From: Lama glama
Taxonomy: Eukaryota
Length of the DNA: 64,000 nucleotides
Assembly (NCBI GenBank): GCA_028534125.1
Contig: CM052818.1
Coordinates: 32,800,001 to 32,864,000, forward strand
Reading direction: 5' to 3'
How positions within the stretch are numbered: the first letter of the stretch is position 1; every line of letters starts with the position of its first letter. Positions 23,541 to 35,145 of this stretch are shown piece by piece. Under the pieces are notes generated by a model. The model had not been told where the DNA came from and did no database searches. It saw nothing but the letters and a program-made list of their open reading frames with translations. The position numbers were made by a program, and so were the translations under genes.

Positions 23541-23869
23541 AAAAATATATTTTGAAACAGTGCCCTGGGGAATTCTGATAGGGACCCCTGCATTCCTTCT
23601 CTGCTTTGCACTGGATCTCAAAAAATAAAACAGAACATATCAAAGAGATTGACTCAGGTAGAAGAGCTACTGGAGGGCTCTTCAGGTGAAGGGATTATTT
23701 CTGGTGACATATGCAAAAGTGTGAGCTTGGAATGCCTGGGGCAAAGGAGTGCACACAGGGAGTGGTAGGAAATAGGGTAGGGTGATTAAGATGGGCAGTC
23801 AAAGAGGAACTGGAATGCTGGGAAAGTTTAAATCTGATGCTGTTTGAAACAGGAAGCTGTTCATATGTT

Positions 23870-24101
23870 CACTCATTCAGTGACTATCTATTGAGCACCT
23901 AACCTGTGCCAGGTACTGTGTTATGTGCTGGGAATACAGCAGAGGACAAAGTAAAGCTTTTCCTTGTTGAGCTTATATTCTGATAGAGGAGGGTGATCAG
24001 TTCATCCCAGTTTGCCTGGGACTTTCTAGGTTTTAACATTGAGAGTGCCTTGGCCCAGGAACCTCTTGGGTGAAGCAGAATGGTTGGTTTCCTAGGAGAT
24101 G

Positions 24102-24141
<40 letters not shown>

Positions 24142-24440
24142 CTAGGGGCCATAGAGAAACATGAGGGAGGATATAAGGTTGAGGATAAAGAAAAATGCTT
24201 TTTTAGAGAGGGTGGTCAGGGAGGATCTACGAGGACGTGATAAATGAGCAGCAATCTGAACAAAATGAGAGTGAGAGCAAATATCTCAGGGTAGGTTGGC
24301 CAGGGATGATTTCTAGCAGACGGATGTACAATGTAAAGGCCCTGAGGTGGAAGCATGCTTGGCATAGATGAAGAACAGCCTTGGCAGAGAGGCTGAGAGG
24401 AGGAGTCAGAAGCAGAGAGGGGCCAGAGAGGGTGAGTCCC
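23870..24440 (-). mobile_element. L2 LINE 3' fragment interrupted by MER81 and (TG)n (24104-24137)
   Basis: cattcagtgactatctattgagcacctaacctgtgccaggtactgtg is the reverse complement of the L2 3' end; L2 sequence resumes after 24140. Confidence 0.75.
23990..24093 (+). mobile_element. MER81-type hAT-Blackjack MITE
   Basis: agggtgatcagttcatcccagtttgcctgggactttctagg...ggttggtttccta with inverted termini. Confidence 0.75.
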
Positions 24441-25729
24441 ATCAGGAACACTGGATTATACTGAGTGTGCTGGGAGCCCCTGGAGAGCTGAGAACAGAGG
24501 CACCACCTAAGCACTCAGGAGGTGGGGAAAACAAGAGTAGGAACAGGAAGACCACTCAGATTCTTCATTAAGATGTGTCCAGTGACAACGGAAATACCCA
24601 ACTATAGGAAACTCCTTAAACAGTGATATTTTTGAGTAGCAAAATATCATGCAGCCATTAAATACATTGTTTCTTCATAGTTTAGCCATTACTGGATTGC
24701 TGTCATTTCTATTTATTTTTGCTAGTTTAAAAGATAGGTAGTGATACATTAATGTCATTTTAATTTGCATTTTTAACAAACCTCTCCACTTTTCCACATA
24801 GTGATTTACTACATTTATAATCAAATGTGCAAACTTTTGGTTCATTCTTCTTAATTATTTATGGTGTACACAGTTGATTTTGACCATACATATTTGAACC
24901 TATATATGTGTATCAATTTCTATCAATATATTTTGGATGGGAAGAGCCTATTTAGCTTATATATTGAGCATATGTATTTTTTTCATTCTCTATTTTCCTT
25001 TAAATATATATTTTTTGTTCTAGTGTGTTTTGTTTACTTGAACTCATCTATTTTTGTCTCTACCAAAGGCATCCATTAAGTAAAATAGTAGACTGTTGGA
25101 GCTTGGAGAAACTTTAATATCATTATTCTTCTTATAGATGAAGAATTTGAGGGTCCAAGAATATGACTTAATGTCACATCTTTGTCATCTTGTCATCTTT
25201 GTAGTAGCTAAAAACAAAATTTTTCCTGTAGCTTGGGTGAATAGAATGTTTTCTAGTTTTAAAAAATATCTCAGCTATTCTTCCACAGAATGAGGTTTAC
25301 TTGAGCCATGTGATATGTAAATTAATGTTTAAACTACTTAAAGCATGAGAAGAAGCATTTGTTTAATACCTTCCACTATGTATTATACTCTGTGTGTGTA
25401 TGTTTGATCGATGTCTGAGAGCTGTAAGAAAGAAAGCAAAAAAGAACAAAACACACACACACATACACACAGAGAGAAAACCCTGGACTCTTCCTGAAAA
25501 GTCTCTTCTACATGTCAGTCCATTTGATCTGATATATGTCTACAATGATGACTATTACAAGGTTTCTCATAACAGTGAAACATTGAATGCCTAATGATTA
25601 GGAATTAGTTTAATTATGGTGCTTCCATGTAGTGGAATACTATGATGCATTAGAAAGCATGCTGTAGAAGGATGTTTAATAACATAGAAACATGTAATCC
25701 ATTGTTAAATTTTTTTAAAAAAGTAGACT

Positions 25730-26885
25730 GTAATTAAAGAAGACCTACATAAATGGAGCTATGTATTAAGTTCATGAATTGGAAAAATGAGATTAAGATA
25801 GCAATCCTGTTTAAATTAATCTACAGATTCAATGCACTCAATCAGAATCTCAACTACTTTTCTCTTGGGGATGGGAGAAGGTAGTTAAAATTGACAAGCT
25901 GTCTCTAAAATGTATATGGAAATGCAAAGGATCTAAAATAGATAAGACAATCTTGAAGAGAAGGAATTATGCTACTATATTAAAATATTAAAATATTTAA
26001 TATAAAACTACAATAATTAAGATAATGTGGCATTAGTACAGGAATAGATGAACCAATAGAAGAGAGTATAGAGTCCAGAAACAGACTCACACATGTATGG
26101 TTGGGGAAGAATGGTCTTTTCAGTAAATGATTCTGGAGCACCTGGATAGTCTTATGAAAAAAAATAATAATGAGCTTGGACCTCTATTTCATGCCATACA
26201 CAAAAACTTAATTTGAGATGAATCACAAGCTTAAATGGTAAAACAACAGAGCTTCCAAATAAAACATTCTCTTCCAAAGAAGAGAATATCTTCATGACCT
26301 TAGGGCTGTCAAGTATGTCTTAAATTGACTTAGCAATTCCACTCCTAGGTATATACCCAACAGAAATGGGTACATATGGCCACTAAAAGACATGAACAAA
26401 ATGTTTGTGACAGTTTTATTTTTAATAACCAAAATTTGGAAACAAGCTAGATATCCCTCAACAGGAGAATTGATATATAAACTGTATTCACGTGATGATA
26501 TTTTACTCCACAAAAACGGACAGAAAGCCAATCTACTGCTACATGTGACAACATGCATGAATCACAGACGTTATAATGAATGGAAAATGGAAAACATAAA
26601 AAGTATATACTATATGATTCCATTTATATGAAATTCAAAAACAGGTAAAACTAATCAAAAATGATAAAAGTCAGGATAAGATTTACATGTGGGGCATAGG
26701 GATATTGACTGGGAAGGGGCAAGAAGTTTCTTGGGTATTGGAATGTCCTTTATTTTGATCTAGGTTTGGGTTAGACAAGTATATACTTACATAATATATC
26801 AAAATGTATATTTATGATTAGTAAAATTTACTATATATATAATGCTATATATATTACATATTATACCTCAATATCCTAAAATTAA
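25730..26885 (+). mobile_element. Old LINE-1 (L1M) ORF2 and 3' fragment with internal deletion
   Basis: aaattaatctacagattcaatgca...gacttagcaattccactcctaggtatatacccaacagaaatg...atattatacctcaat. ORF 26392-26631 MFVTVLFLITKIWKQARYPST is L1 ORF2-like. Confidence 0.85.
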
Positions 26886-27505
26886 AGGAAATTTAAATTT
26901 TCTTCTTTTTGCTATATGTTCTAAATATTCTCACCTTTTTCCCAGCTATATTTTCAAAATAGTCTAAAATGAAGGCATGGTAAATTGTAACGAGAGAAAA
27001 ATAGAAGTTATTATTTTTAAAAGCTAGAATGGAATCTCAGCTACCTATCCAGATTTAGTGCCCTGAGTCCTGGACCCAGCTAAAAATAGTTCAGAGTCTT
27101 GCCAGCTGGTGACCTGGGAACTGGGCTATGTTTAGCAGAAATCAGCACGTGAGTGAAATGGGGTAGAGCCAAGTGGAGCACTGTGGATCTGGTAGGCGTG
27201 GATCTCTGTCAGCAAGCTGTTTAAGCCATGCTTGTCATTAGTATCTCGGGCTGTTCCCCTCACTGCAAGCCAGGGAGTCATGTAGGCTCACAGTTTACTG
27301 GTGAGTGAAAATGAGAGGGAGGAAGAAGAATCCATGTTGATTAGAAAGGGAGCGGTCCAGCACTGGGAAACAGGTTGGACATAAAGGAAGTCAGAGTAGC
27401 TAAGTCCTGGCTAAACCCAGGGTATACCATCCTTTTTTCTTCACCAGGTTAGAGTTAATTTTTGTTTTTACAAAAATTTATTCATTTTTCAACAACTCAA
27501 TTTTA

Positions 27506-30183
27506 TTTTATCTTTTCAAAGTTGAAATATAATTGATTTACAATATTGTGTTAGTTTCCAGTGATTCAGCTTTATATATCTATTTTTCAGATTATTTTCC
27601 ATTATTGGTTATTACAAGATATTAAATATTGTTCCCTGCATTACACAGTAAATCCTTGTTGCTTATCTATCTTATGTATAGTAATTTGTATCTGTTAATC
27701 CATACTCCTAATTTATCCCTCCTTTTCTTCCCTTTCCCCTTTGGTAACCATAAACTTGTTTTCTATGTCCATGAATCTATTTCTATTTTGTATATAGATT
27801 CATCTGTATTGTTTTTTTAGATTCCACATGTAAGTGGTATTTGTCTTTCTCTGACTTACTTCACTTGTATGATCATCTCTAGGTCCATCCATGTTGCTGC
27901 AAATGGCATTATTTCATTCTTTTTAATGACTGCGTAATATTCCATTGTATGTATGTGTATATGTATATACATCTATCACATTTCTTAAACCAATCATCTG
28001 TTGATGGACATTTAGGTTGTTTCCATGTCTTGGCTATTGTAAATAGTGCCACTATGAACATTGGGGAGCATGTGTCTTTTTGAATTAAAAATTTTGTCTT
28101 TTCCAGATATATGCCCAGGAGTGGAATTGCTAGAACATATGGTAAGTCTATTTTTAGTTTTTTTAAGAAACCTCTATACTGTTCTCCATGGTGGCTCACC
28201 AATTTACATTCCAATCAACAGTGTAAGAGGGTTCACTTTTCTTTACACCCCTCCAACATTTATTATTTGTAGACTTTTTGATGATAGCTTTTCTGACCAG
28301 TGTGAGGTGATACCTCTTTGTGGTTTTGATTTGCATTTCTCTAATAATTAGTGATGTTGAAGATCTTTTCATATCTGTTGGCCATTTGTATGACTTCTTT
28401 GGAGAAACATCTTTTCAGGTCTTCTGCCCATTTTTTGATTGGGTTGTTTGTTTCTTTGATAATTGAGTTGTGTGAGCCATTTGTATATTTTGGAAATTAA
28501 CCCCTTGTCTGTTGCATCTTTTGCGAGTATTTTCTCCCATTCTGTAGGTTGTTTTTCATTTTGTTGATGGTTTCCTTTGCTGTGCAAAAACGTTTTAAGT
28601 TTTTGGTTTTTTTTTTTTGAATAAAGTTAGATTTATTTAGAGAGATACATACACCATAGAGTGCAGGCTATTTCAGAAGGCAAGAGAAGGGCCACAAGGT
28701 GTGGGATTGGGTGCTTAGTTTAAAGTAAAAGTAGTTACACATTCCATAGACAGAGTGTGGGCCATCTTACTCAGGAGGGAGAGTGGCCATGAGGTGTGGA
28801 GTTTGTTAATTTTTATTAAGCTTGGTAACTTCATATGTTAACAGGTGGGAGGATTATTCCAGCTACTTTTGGGAAAGGGCTGGGATTCCCAGGAATTGGG
28901 CCACCACCCACTTTTTGACCTTTTATGGTTAGCCTTAAAACTGTCATGGTGCCTATGGGAGTGCCATTTACCTTGCTAATATATTACAATGAGTAATAAT
29001 AATAATAATAATAAAGCTCAAAGTCTACAGGAAGTCAAATCTCCAGGCATCTTGGGCCTCAAGGCCTACTGAGAGTTGAATTTTCTGCCACCTTAGTGTT
29101 AATTGCAGTTATTTCTTGAATGGCTGTGCCCTGCCCCCTTCCTTCCTGTCTCATTAAAAACTTTTAAGTTTAATTAAGTCCCATTTGTTTATTTTTGCTT
29201 TTGTTTCTTTTGCCTTGGGAGACTGATCTAAGAAAACATTCCTATGATTTGTGTCTGAGAATATTTTGTCTAGGAGCTTTATGGCTCCATGTACATTTAA
29301 GTCTTTAAACCATTATGAGTTTATTTTTGTATATGGTGTGAAGGTGTGTTCTAACTTCATTGTTTTACATGCAGCTGTCCAGCTTTCCCAACATAAGTTG
29401 CTGAAGAGACTGTCTTTTGTCCATTGTATCCTCTCGCCTTCTTTGTTGAAGATTAATTGACTGTAGGTGTGTGGGTATTTTCTGGGCTCTTTATTCTGTT
29501 CTGTTGATCTACATGTCTGTTTTTGTGCCAATACCATGATGTTTTGATTACTGTAGCTTCATAGTATTGTCTATAGTCTGGGTAGGTTATGCCTCTAACT
29601 TTGTTCTTTTTCCTCAGGAATGCATTGGCAATTATGGGCCTTTAATGGTTCCATATAAATTTTAGGATTATTTGTTTTAGTTCTGTAAAAAATGTCCTGG
29701 GTAATCTGATAGGAATCACATTAAATCTATAGATTGCTTTGTGTAGTATAACCATTTTAACAATATTAATTCTTTCAATCCAATAGCATGGGCCATCTTT
29801 CCATTTCTTTAAATTTAATCTTCAATTTCCTTTATCAGTATTTTATGGTTTTCAGTGTATAGGTCTTTCACTCCTTGATTAGGTGTATTCCTAGGTGGTT
29901 TTTTTAAATGCAATTTTAAATGCTTTTTTTTTTTTTTACTTCATGATGTTTCATCGTTAGTGTAAAGAAATGGAACAGATTTCTGTACATTATTCTTGTA
30001 TCCTGCTACCTTGCTGAGTTCATTTATTAGTTCTAATAGTTTTTGTGTGAACTCTTTAGGCTTTTCTTTATAAAATATCATATCATCTACAAAGAATAAT
30101 CGTTTAACTTCTTCTTTTCCAATTGAATACCTTTTATTTATTTTCCTTGTCTGATTGATGTGGCTAGAACTTCCAGTACTATT
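27506..30183 (-). mobile_element. 5'-truncated cetartiodactyl LINE-1 (3' half of ORF2 and 3' UTR) with TSD acaactcaatttta, interrupted by an LTR-derived insert
   Basis: ORF2-like translations: [22 protein letters not shown] (29941-30192), [24 protein letters not shown] (28369-28587), MFIVALFTIAKTWKQPKCPSTDDW (27909-28214). TSD at 27492-27505 and 30184-30197. Confidence 0.93.
28603..29153 (-). mobile_element. ERV1 (MER41-like) LTR-derived element with poly(A) tail and ~16-bp TSD
   Basis: Minus strand begins TGAGACAGGAAGGAAGGGG at 29153. AATAAA at 28637-28632, then poly(A) at 28618-28603. Flanking repeats aaaaacgttttaagttt (28586-28602) and aaaaacttttaagttt (29156-29171). Confidence 0.8.
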
Positions 30184-31134
30184 ACAACTCAATTTTATTT
30201 TTTTATTTTATTTTATTATTATTTTTTTAACAACTCAATTTTAAATGTTATACTTAGGGAAACCAGTTGCAGAACTATTTAGATTGCAGTGCTTAAAAGT
30301 TCCCTGAATGATTTTACTGCTGAATCAGCCTAACCTTAAAAATTAACTTCACTTACCCTTTTCCTTCTATAATGTGCCCATCTAAACTGCAGGAATGACT
30401 AGTGTAATTATCCATGTCATAGGGCGGTTTTAAGGCTTAATTAACAGTTATAACCCACTCTGAAGTATTCAGATGAAGAAAGAGTTAATAGGAGTGGTGC
30501 TGTTTCTAGTTCTACTTGCAAACTCTGACAAGTTACCAAACATGGTATATGGTACCGTACTTCCAAATGTACCAGCATGGTACCTCCAAGTTTCCACTTG
30601 ATTTAGTAAGAATCACCGTTACTCAACCAATGCTAATCAAGAGGACTCTAGTCTACATGGTGTTCATTTTTTAAAGGAAAGTGTAAATGTAAGGGTAATT
30701 AACAACAAGTGACCACATTTAAAGAAGTGACTTTAAACAATTAGGTGTGTTGCTGTTGTCTGTACAGAGAACTTTTAGCCTCAAAGTTAAGATGCAACCT
30801 GGCCTTCAGGACAGGGGCCAGGATGTGCCAAACTCTGAGATCAAAAGTAAGGTTTAAGTCAAGCACTGTGGGTGTTGTAAGTTTTCCTAAAAATAAATCC
30901 ATCCTGCTGCATGATTTGGAAGTGGCTTTGATGCCATGTTTTCCATCCTTAAGAAGCAGAAACCCTGAAATGTCATCCATGAAAAACAATCTGGGAGATG
31001 CTACTAAGACTCTGTCAAGGGTATGGTCTCCCTTCCTACAGTAACCAATAAACTTGACTATGCTTGATTAAAGAAAAATAAAATCTGTGTGCAAACTAGA
31101 ATGTGGTGGACTGAGTAATGACAATGAAGATGAT

Positions 31135-31355
31135 GACAATAATGGTGGTAATAATAATGACAGTAAGCATGTACTGAGGGCTTACTAGGTGCCAGACGCT
31201 GTTCTAAGGGCTTTACATGTCTGGACTCATTTGATCCCTGCAATAGCCCTAGAAGATAAGATCTATCATTATCCTTTTTTTTTTTTGAACAGACAAATAC
31301 TCTAAGGCTTGGAGGAGTTAAGTAACTAACTTGCCAAAGATTTTATAGCTTAGCA
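31135..31355 (-). mobile_element. MIR SINE
   Basis: tactgagggcttactaggtgccagacgctgttctaagggctttacatg...catttgatccctgcaatagccct. Confidence 0.85.
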
Positions 31356-31359
31356 GCTA

Positions 31360-31548
31360 GCAGTGGCTTTCAAAACATTGGTGTGCTTAGAGTTCCCTGG
31401 AGAAATAATTTAATTCAATATTCCCAACCCAAGACCATAGATTCTGATTTCAAAGTGTAAGATGGGGCCTGGAAAAATGTATTTTCAATAAATACCTGAA
31501 GAATATTTACTGTAGTTGGCTTTCAGACCACCGTTTGAGAATCAGTGG
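31360..31548. mobile_element. MER5-type hAT-Charlie MITE
   Basis: cagtggcttttcaaaacattggtgtgcttagagttccctggaga...gattctgattt...ccaccgtttgagaatcagtg. Confidence 0.75.
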
Positions 31549-32499
31549 CCCAGTTCTAGAAAAAAGGAGAGGCTTGAAGTAAAAATTTGCCATGTTTCTC
31601 CAGCACTGGCCTTCCCTGTCTAGCTCAATAGTAGATCATTTGCCCAGCTGGGACTGTATGTCCTTGCAATGAATAAAGACTGTTTAATGAATATAGCCTT
31701 TCAAAACATCCAACTTGATTTGTTCAGCTTCCATATTTAACATTTAACCGTCTGACTTTAATTTGATTTCTTAAATAGATTTTCCTGCCAGGAGAAGACT
31801 GTGTGCTAACTAACATGAATTTTAGTTGGTACTCTCATAGGTAATGAATAAATGGCATTATACTTTATTAATTAGTCCATTATAACTCTGATTAATGTGA
31901 ATTAATTTCCCCAGAGCCAGCTCTTTTCCAAATGAACTGAGAACAATGAGTTTATGAACCTGCAAACTTCAGGGCCAGCATACATTTTGAGGCCTGATTT
32001 ATCCTTTCCTTAGTATCACTGAGCTGGAAGAAACATTTTGAGACCCAGTATCCTGACACCTCTATCCTTCCAAAAGGGTGAGTTTGTCAAGGTTAATACA
32101 ACAATTCATAAGAAATCATTTACTTGGATCCTCTCCTTCTGCTCTTGGCTTTTAAACACCTGTGACCTCTGAGATATGGAGGGGCACGGTGATGAATTTT
32201 TAACATCCTTGCCCTGTTGCACTTCTCATATATCATTTGTTTGACTTGGAACATGGTATCACCTGGTAAATCTAGAAAAGACTTACAATGAGCTTGGCCA
32301 AAGACAATGCTCTGGAGACTGAACCAACCCATATTACACACCCACATTGCCTAATTATGTATTTTTAAAATAGAGCAAAAACACGAGGCAAGGTAAAGCA
32401 GTTACAGTTTCCACAGTCCCTCAAAATGAGGCAATCATCAAGGTATTTGTCCCTACATCTATTCCACATCCATGCTCTGGATGGAAGACTTATTCTTAT

Positions 32500-32890
32500 T
32501 CCCACTCTTCTCCTTGCTGACCACCCTTCAGCCTTCTTTCTCTTCCTGAGCTCACCAAGCCTGCTCCTCCTTTTGGGCCTTGTCTCAGGCCTCCTCACCT
32601 GTAATGGTCTTTACCCTCATTTCCCTATAATTGGCTCCTTCTTGTCAGGTCTTAGCTTAAATATCACTCTTCAGAGAGGCCTTCACTGATGATCCCATCT
32701 ATTACACTATTCAATTCTGTTTTCTACCAACACTTTCCAAGTGCTGATATTTTTCTTACTTATTTGTTTTTCTAATAGTCTGTCTCCCTTGACTGGAATG
32801 TAAGCCCCATTAGGTCAAGAATTACCTGTTGTATCATAATTTCACTGTTACATCTACAGTGCTCCAAACTATGCCTAACACAGAAGAGAT
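32500..32890 (+). mobile_element. L2 LINE 3' fragment
   Basis: caggtcttagcttaaatatcactcttcagagaggccttcactga...gactggaatgtaagccccat...atgcctaacacagaag. Confidence 0.8.
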
Positions 32891-33350
32891 GTTTGGGGAG
32901 GAAAAAAAGGAAGATGGTGGGGAAAGGTGTTTCTGATCTGAGGCTGATTCTGAAGGTTGGTGGCATCCAACTAGCTGTTTCTTTGCTTACGAGTCAAATA
33001 TTTGTATCCACCTTCTTTGGAAACAAATCAGAGATCTTAAATATGTTGAGTTTATTGCATAAGACTATTTAACAGCAGTTAAAAACCAGAGGAGTTACAC
33101 TGAGAGCCTCTCCTGGGTATTTGTCATCATTAGCTCAGTCTCATAAGTTATGACAATATGAAATCAGGAAAAACTGCTTAAGTGCTTGAATTCAGATTGT
33201 TAAGTTTTAAAGTATACTAAAAAGAGTTATACTAAGATTTTCTTAGAAAGAGATCAAAAATGCCTTTGTTGGCAGTAAGTGGGGTAATGGCTTCCAAAGA
33301 AACCTGGAAGTGGGAAATGAGGTTGCTTTCTGAGAGTTATATGGGTAAGA

Positions 33351-33406
33351 CACACACACACATACATACATACATACATACATACATACATACATACACA
33401 CACACA
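33351..33406. repeat. (CA)n/(CATA)n microsatellite
   Basis: Directly visible. Confidence 0.95.
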
Positions 33407-33895
33407 GATCTGATAAGTCAGCTGAAGGAGTAAACTAACAGATAACAAGCGTGTAACTGAAGACTTTGAAAACACCTGTAAATTCAGCCAAAGTGACCCG
33501 GGGGTCATCTCAGGATGGCAGGAACCAGAATGTGACTATTAATTTGTGTGTAAAGTTAAAATGTTTGGAGAAAGCCTGAATAAACAAAGGCAGTGGGCAG
33601 AGGTTTCCTCAGCCTATAGCATGGAAAACCCAAGTCTAAAAACCCAGAAGTTGGTAGCAGCTTTCCAAATACTGTTCGGGGAGAAGGGGCCTTGGCCCAA
33701 GGACTTGAGCTCTTAGGTTTCTGTGACAAATATATCCTTTGATAAATCATCTCCGTAATTCTCCTTATTCAGATTTGATGCTCTAAATACAGAATTTAAA
33801 TGTCTCCCTGTCTACAGGGAGCAAATGCCCTGATCTGCTAATATGATGGCCCATTGGCTAGCTGGTTGCATTTAGCATTAAAATGGAATACATTT

Positions 33896-34736
33896 AAAAC
33901 ATACAGATGGCCAATAGGCACATGAAAAGATGCTCAATATCGCTAATTATCAGAGAAATGCAAATCAAAACTACAATGAGGTATCACTTCACACTAGTCA
34001 GAATGGCCATCATTAAAAAGTCTGCAAACAATGAATGCTAGAGGGGGTGTGGAGAAAATGGAACCCTCCTACACTGTTGGTGGAAATGTAATTTGGAAAT
34101 GTAAAATGGAGATCCCTTAAAAAACTAAAAATAGAGTTACCATATGATCCAGCAATCCCACTCCTGGGCATATATCCAGAGGAAACTTTAACTTGAAAAG
34201 ATACATGCACCCCAGTGTTCATAGCAGCACTATTTACAGTAGCCAAGACATGGAAACAACCTAAATGTTCATTGACAGATGATTAGATAAAGAAGATGTG
34301 AGATATGTAGCCATATATATAAAATGAAATACTATTCAGCCATAAAAAGAATGAAATAATGCCATTTGCAGCAACATGAATGGACTTAGAGATGATCACA
34401 CTAAGTGAAGTCAGACAGAGAAAGACAAATATCATGACATTTTACTTACGTGTGGAATCTAAAATATGATAAAAATGAACTTGTTTACAAAACAGAAACA
34501 GATATGGAAAACAAACTTATGGTTACTAAAGGGGAAAGGAGGGGAGGAATAAATTGTAAAGCACAGGAAATGATATTTAATATCTTCTAATAGCTTATAA
34601 TGAAAAAGAATATAAAAAAGAATATATAAATGTATAACTGAATCACTCTGCTATACACCAGAAACTAACATAACATTGTAAATCAACTATACAACATTGT
34701 ATATACAATACTGTAAATCAAAGTTAAAAAACGTTT
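33896..34736 (+). mobile_element. Cetartiodactyl/camelid LINE-1 3' end with TSD aatggaata(c/a)attt
   Basis: catgaaaagatgctcaatatcgctaattatcagagaaatgcaaatcaaaactacaatgagg... to aactaacataacattgtaaatcaactat. TSD at 33882-33895 and 34737-34750 (13/14). Confidence 0.92.
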
Positions 34737-35080
34737 AATGGAATAAATTTGAATTCTGGCTCTATGGCAGTCTCTGTGAGCTTGGGTTAATGTGAGTCTA
34801 CTCCTGAGATAAAATTCTAGAGCAGAGTAACTTGTTTTGGCTCCTATACTGCATGGCAGGGAGTGGACAAAAATTTATACCGCCTGTGACAGGCTGGCTC
34901 TGAGAGGACAAGGGCTGCCCTAAGCTCAGTTCCTTCTCCCAAGTTCACCAATCATATAACTCACATTACTTCCTGAGAGGATGTAGAGCAAGGGGAAGAC
35001 AAGAGGCCAGGAGTGTATTCTAATGGACGCATCCTCCAGAACCCACAAGCCCCAACAGAAGAGACGTGGGTACTTTAGTC

Positions 35081-35145
35081 CACAAGTTGACAAACTTTTT
35101 CCATAAAGGGTCAGATAATAAATACATTAGGTTTTGCCAGCCGCA
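35081..35145 (-). mobile_element. MER58 terminal fragment
   Basis: gttgacaaactttttccataaagggtcagataataaatacattaggttttgc. Confidence 0.65.
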
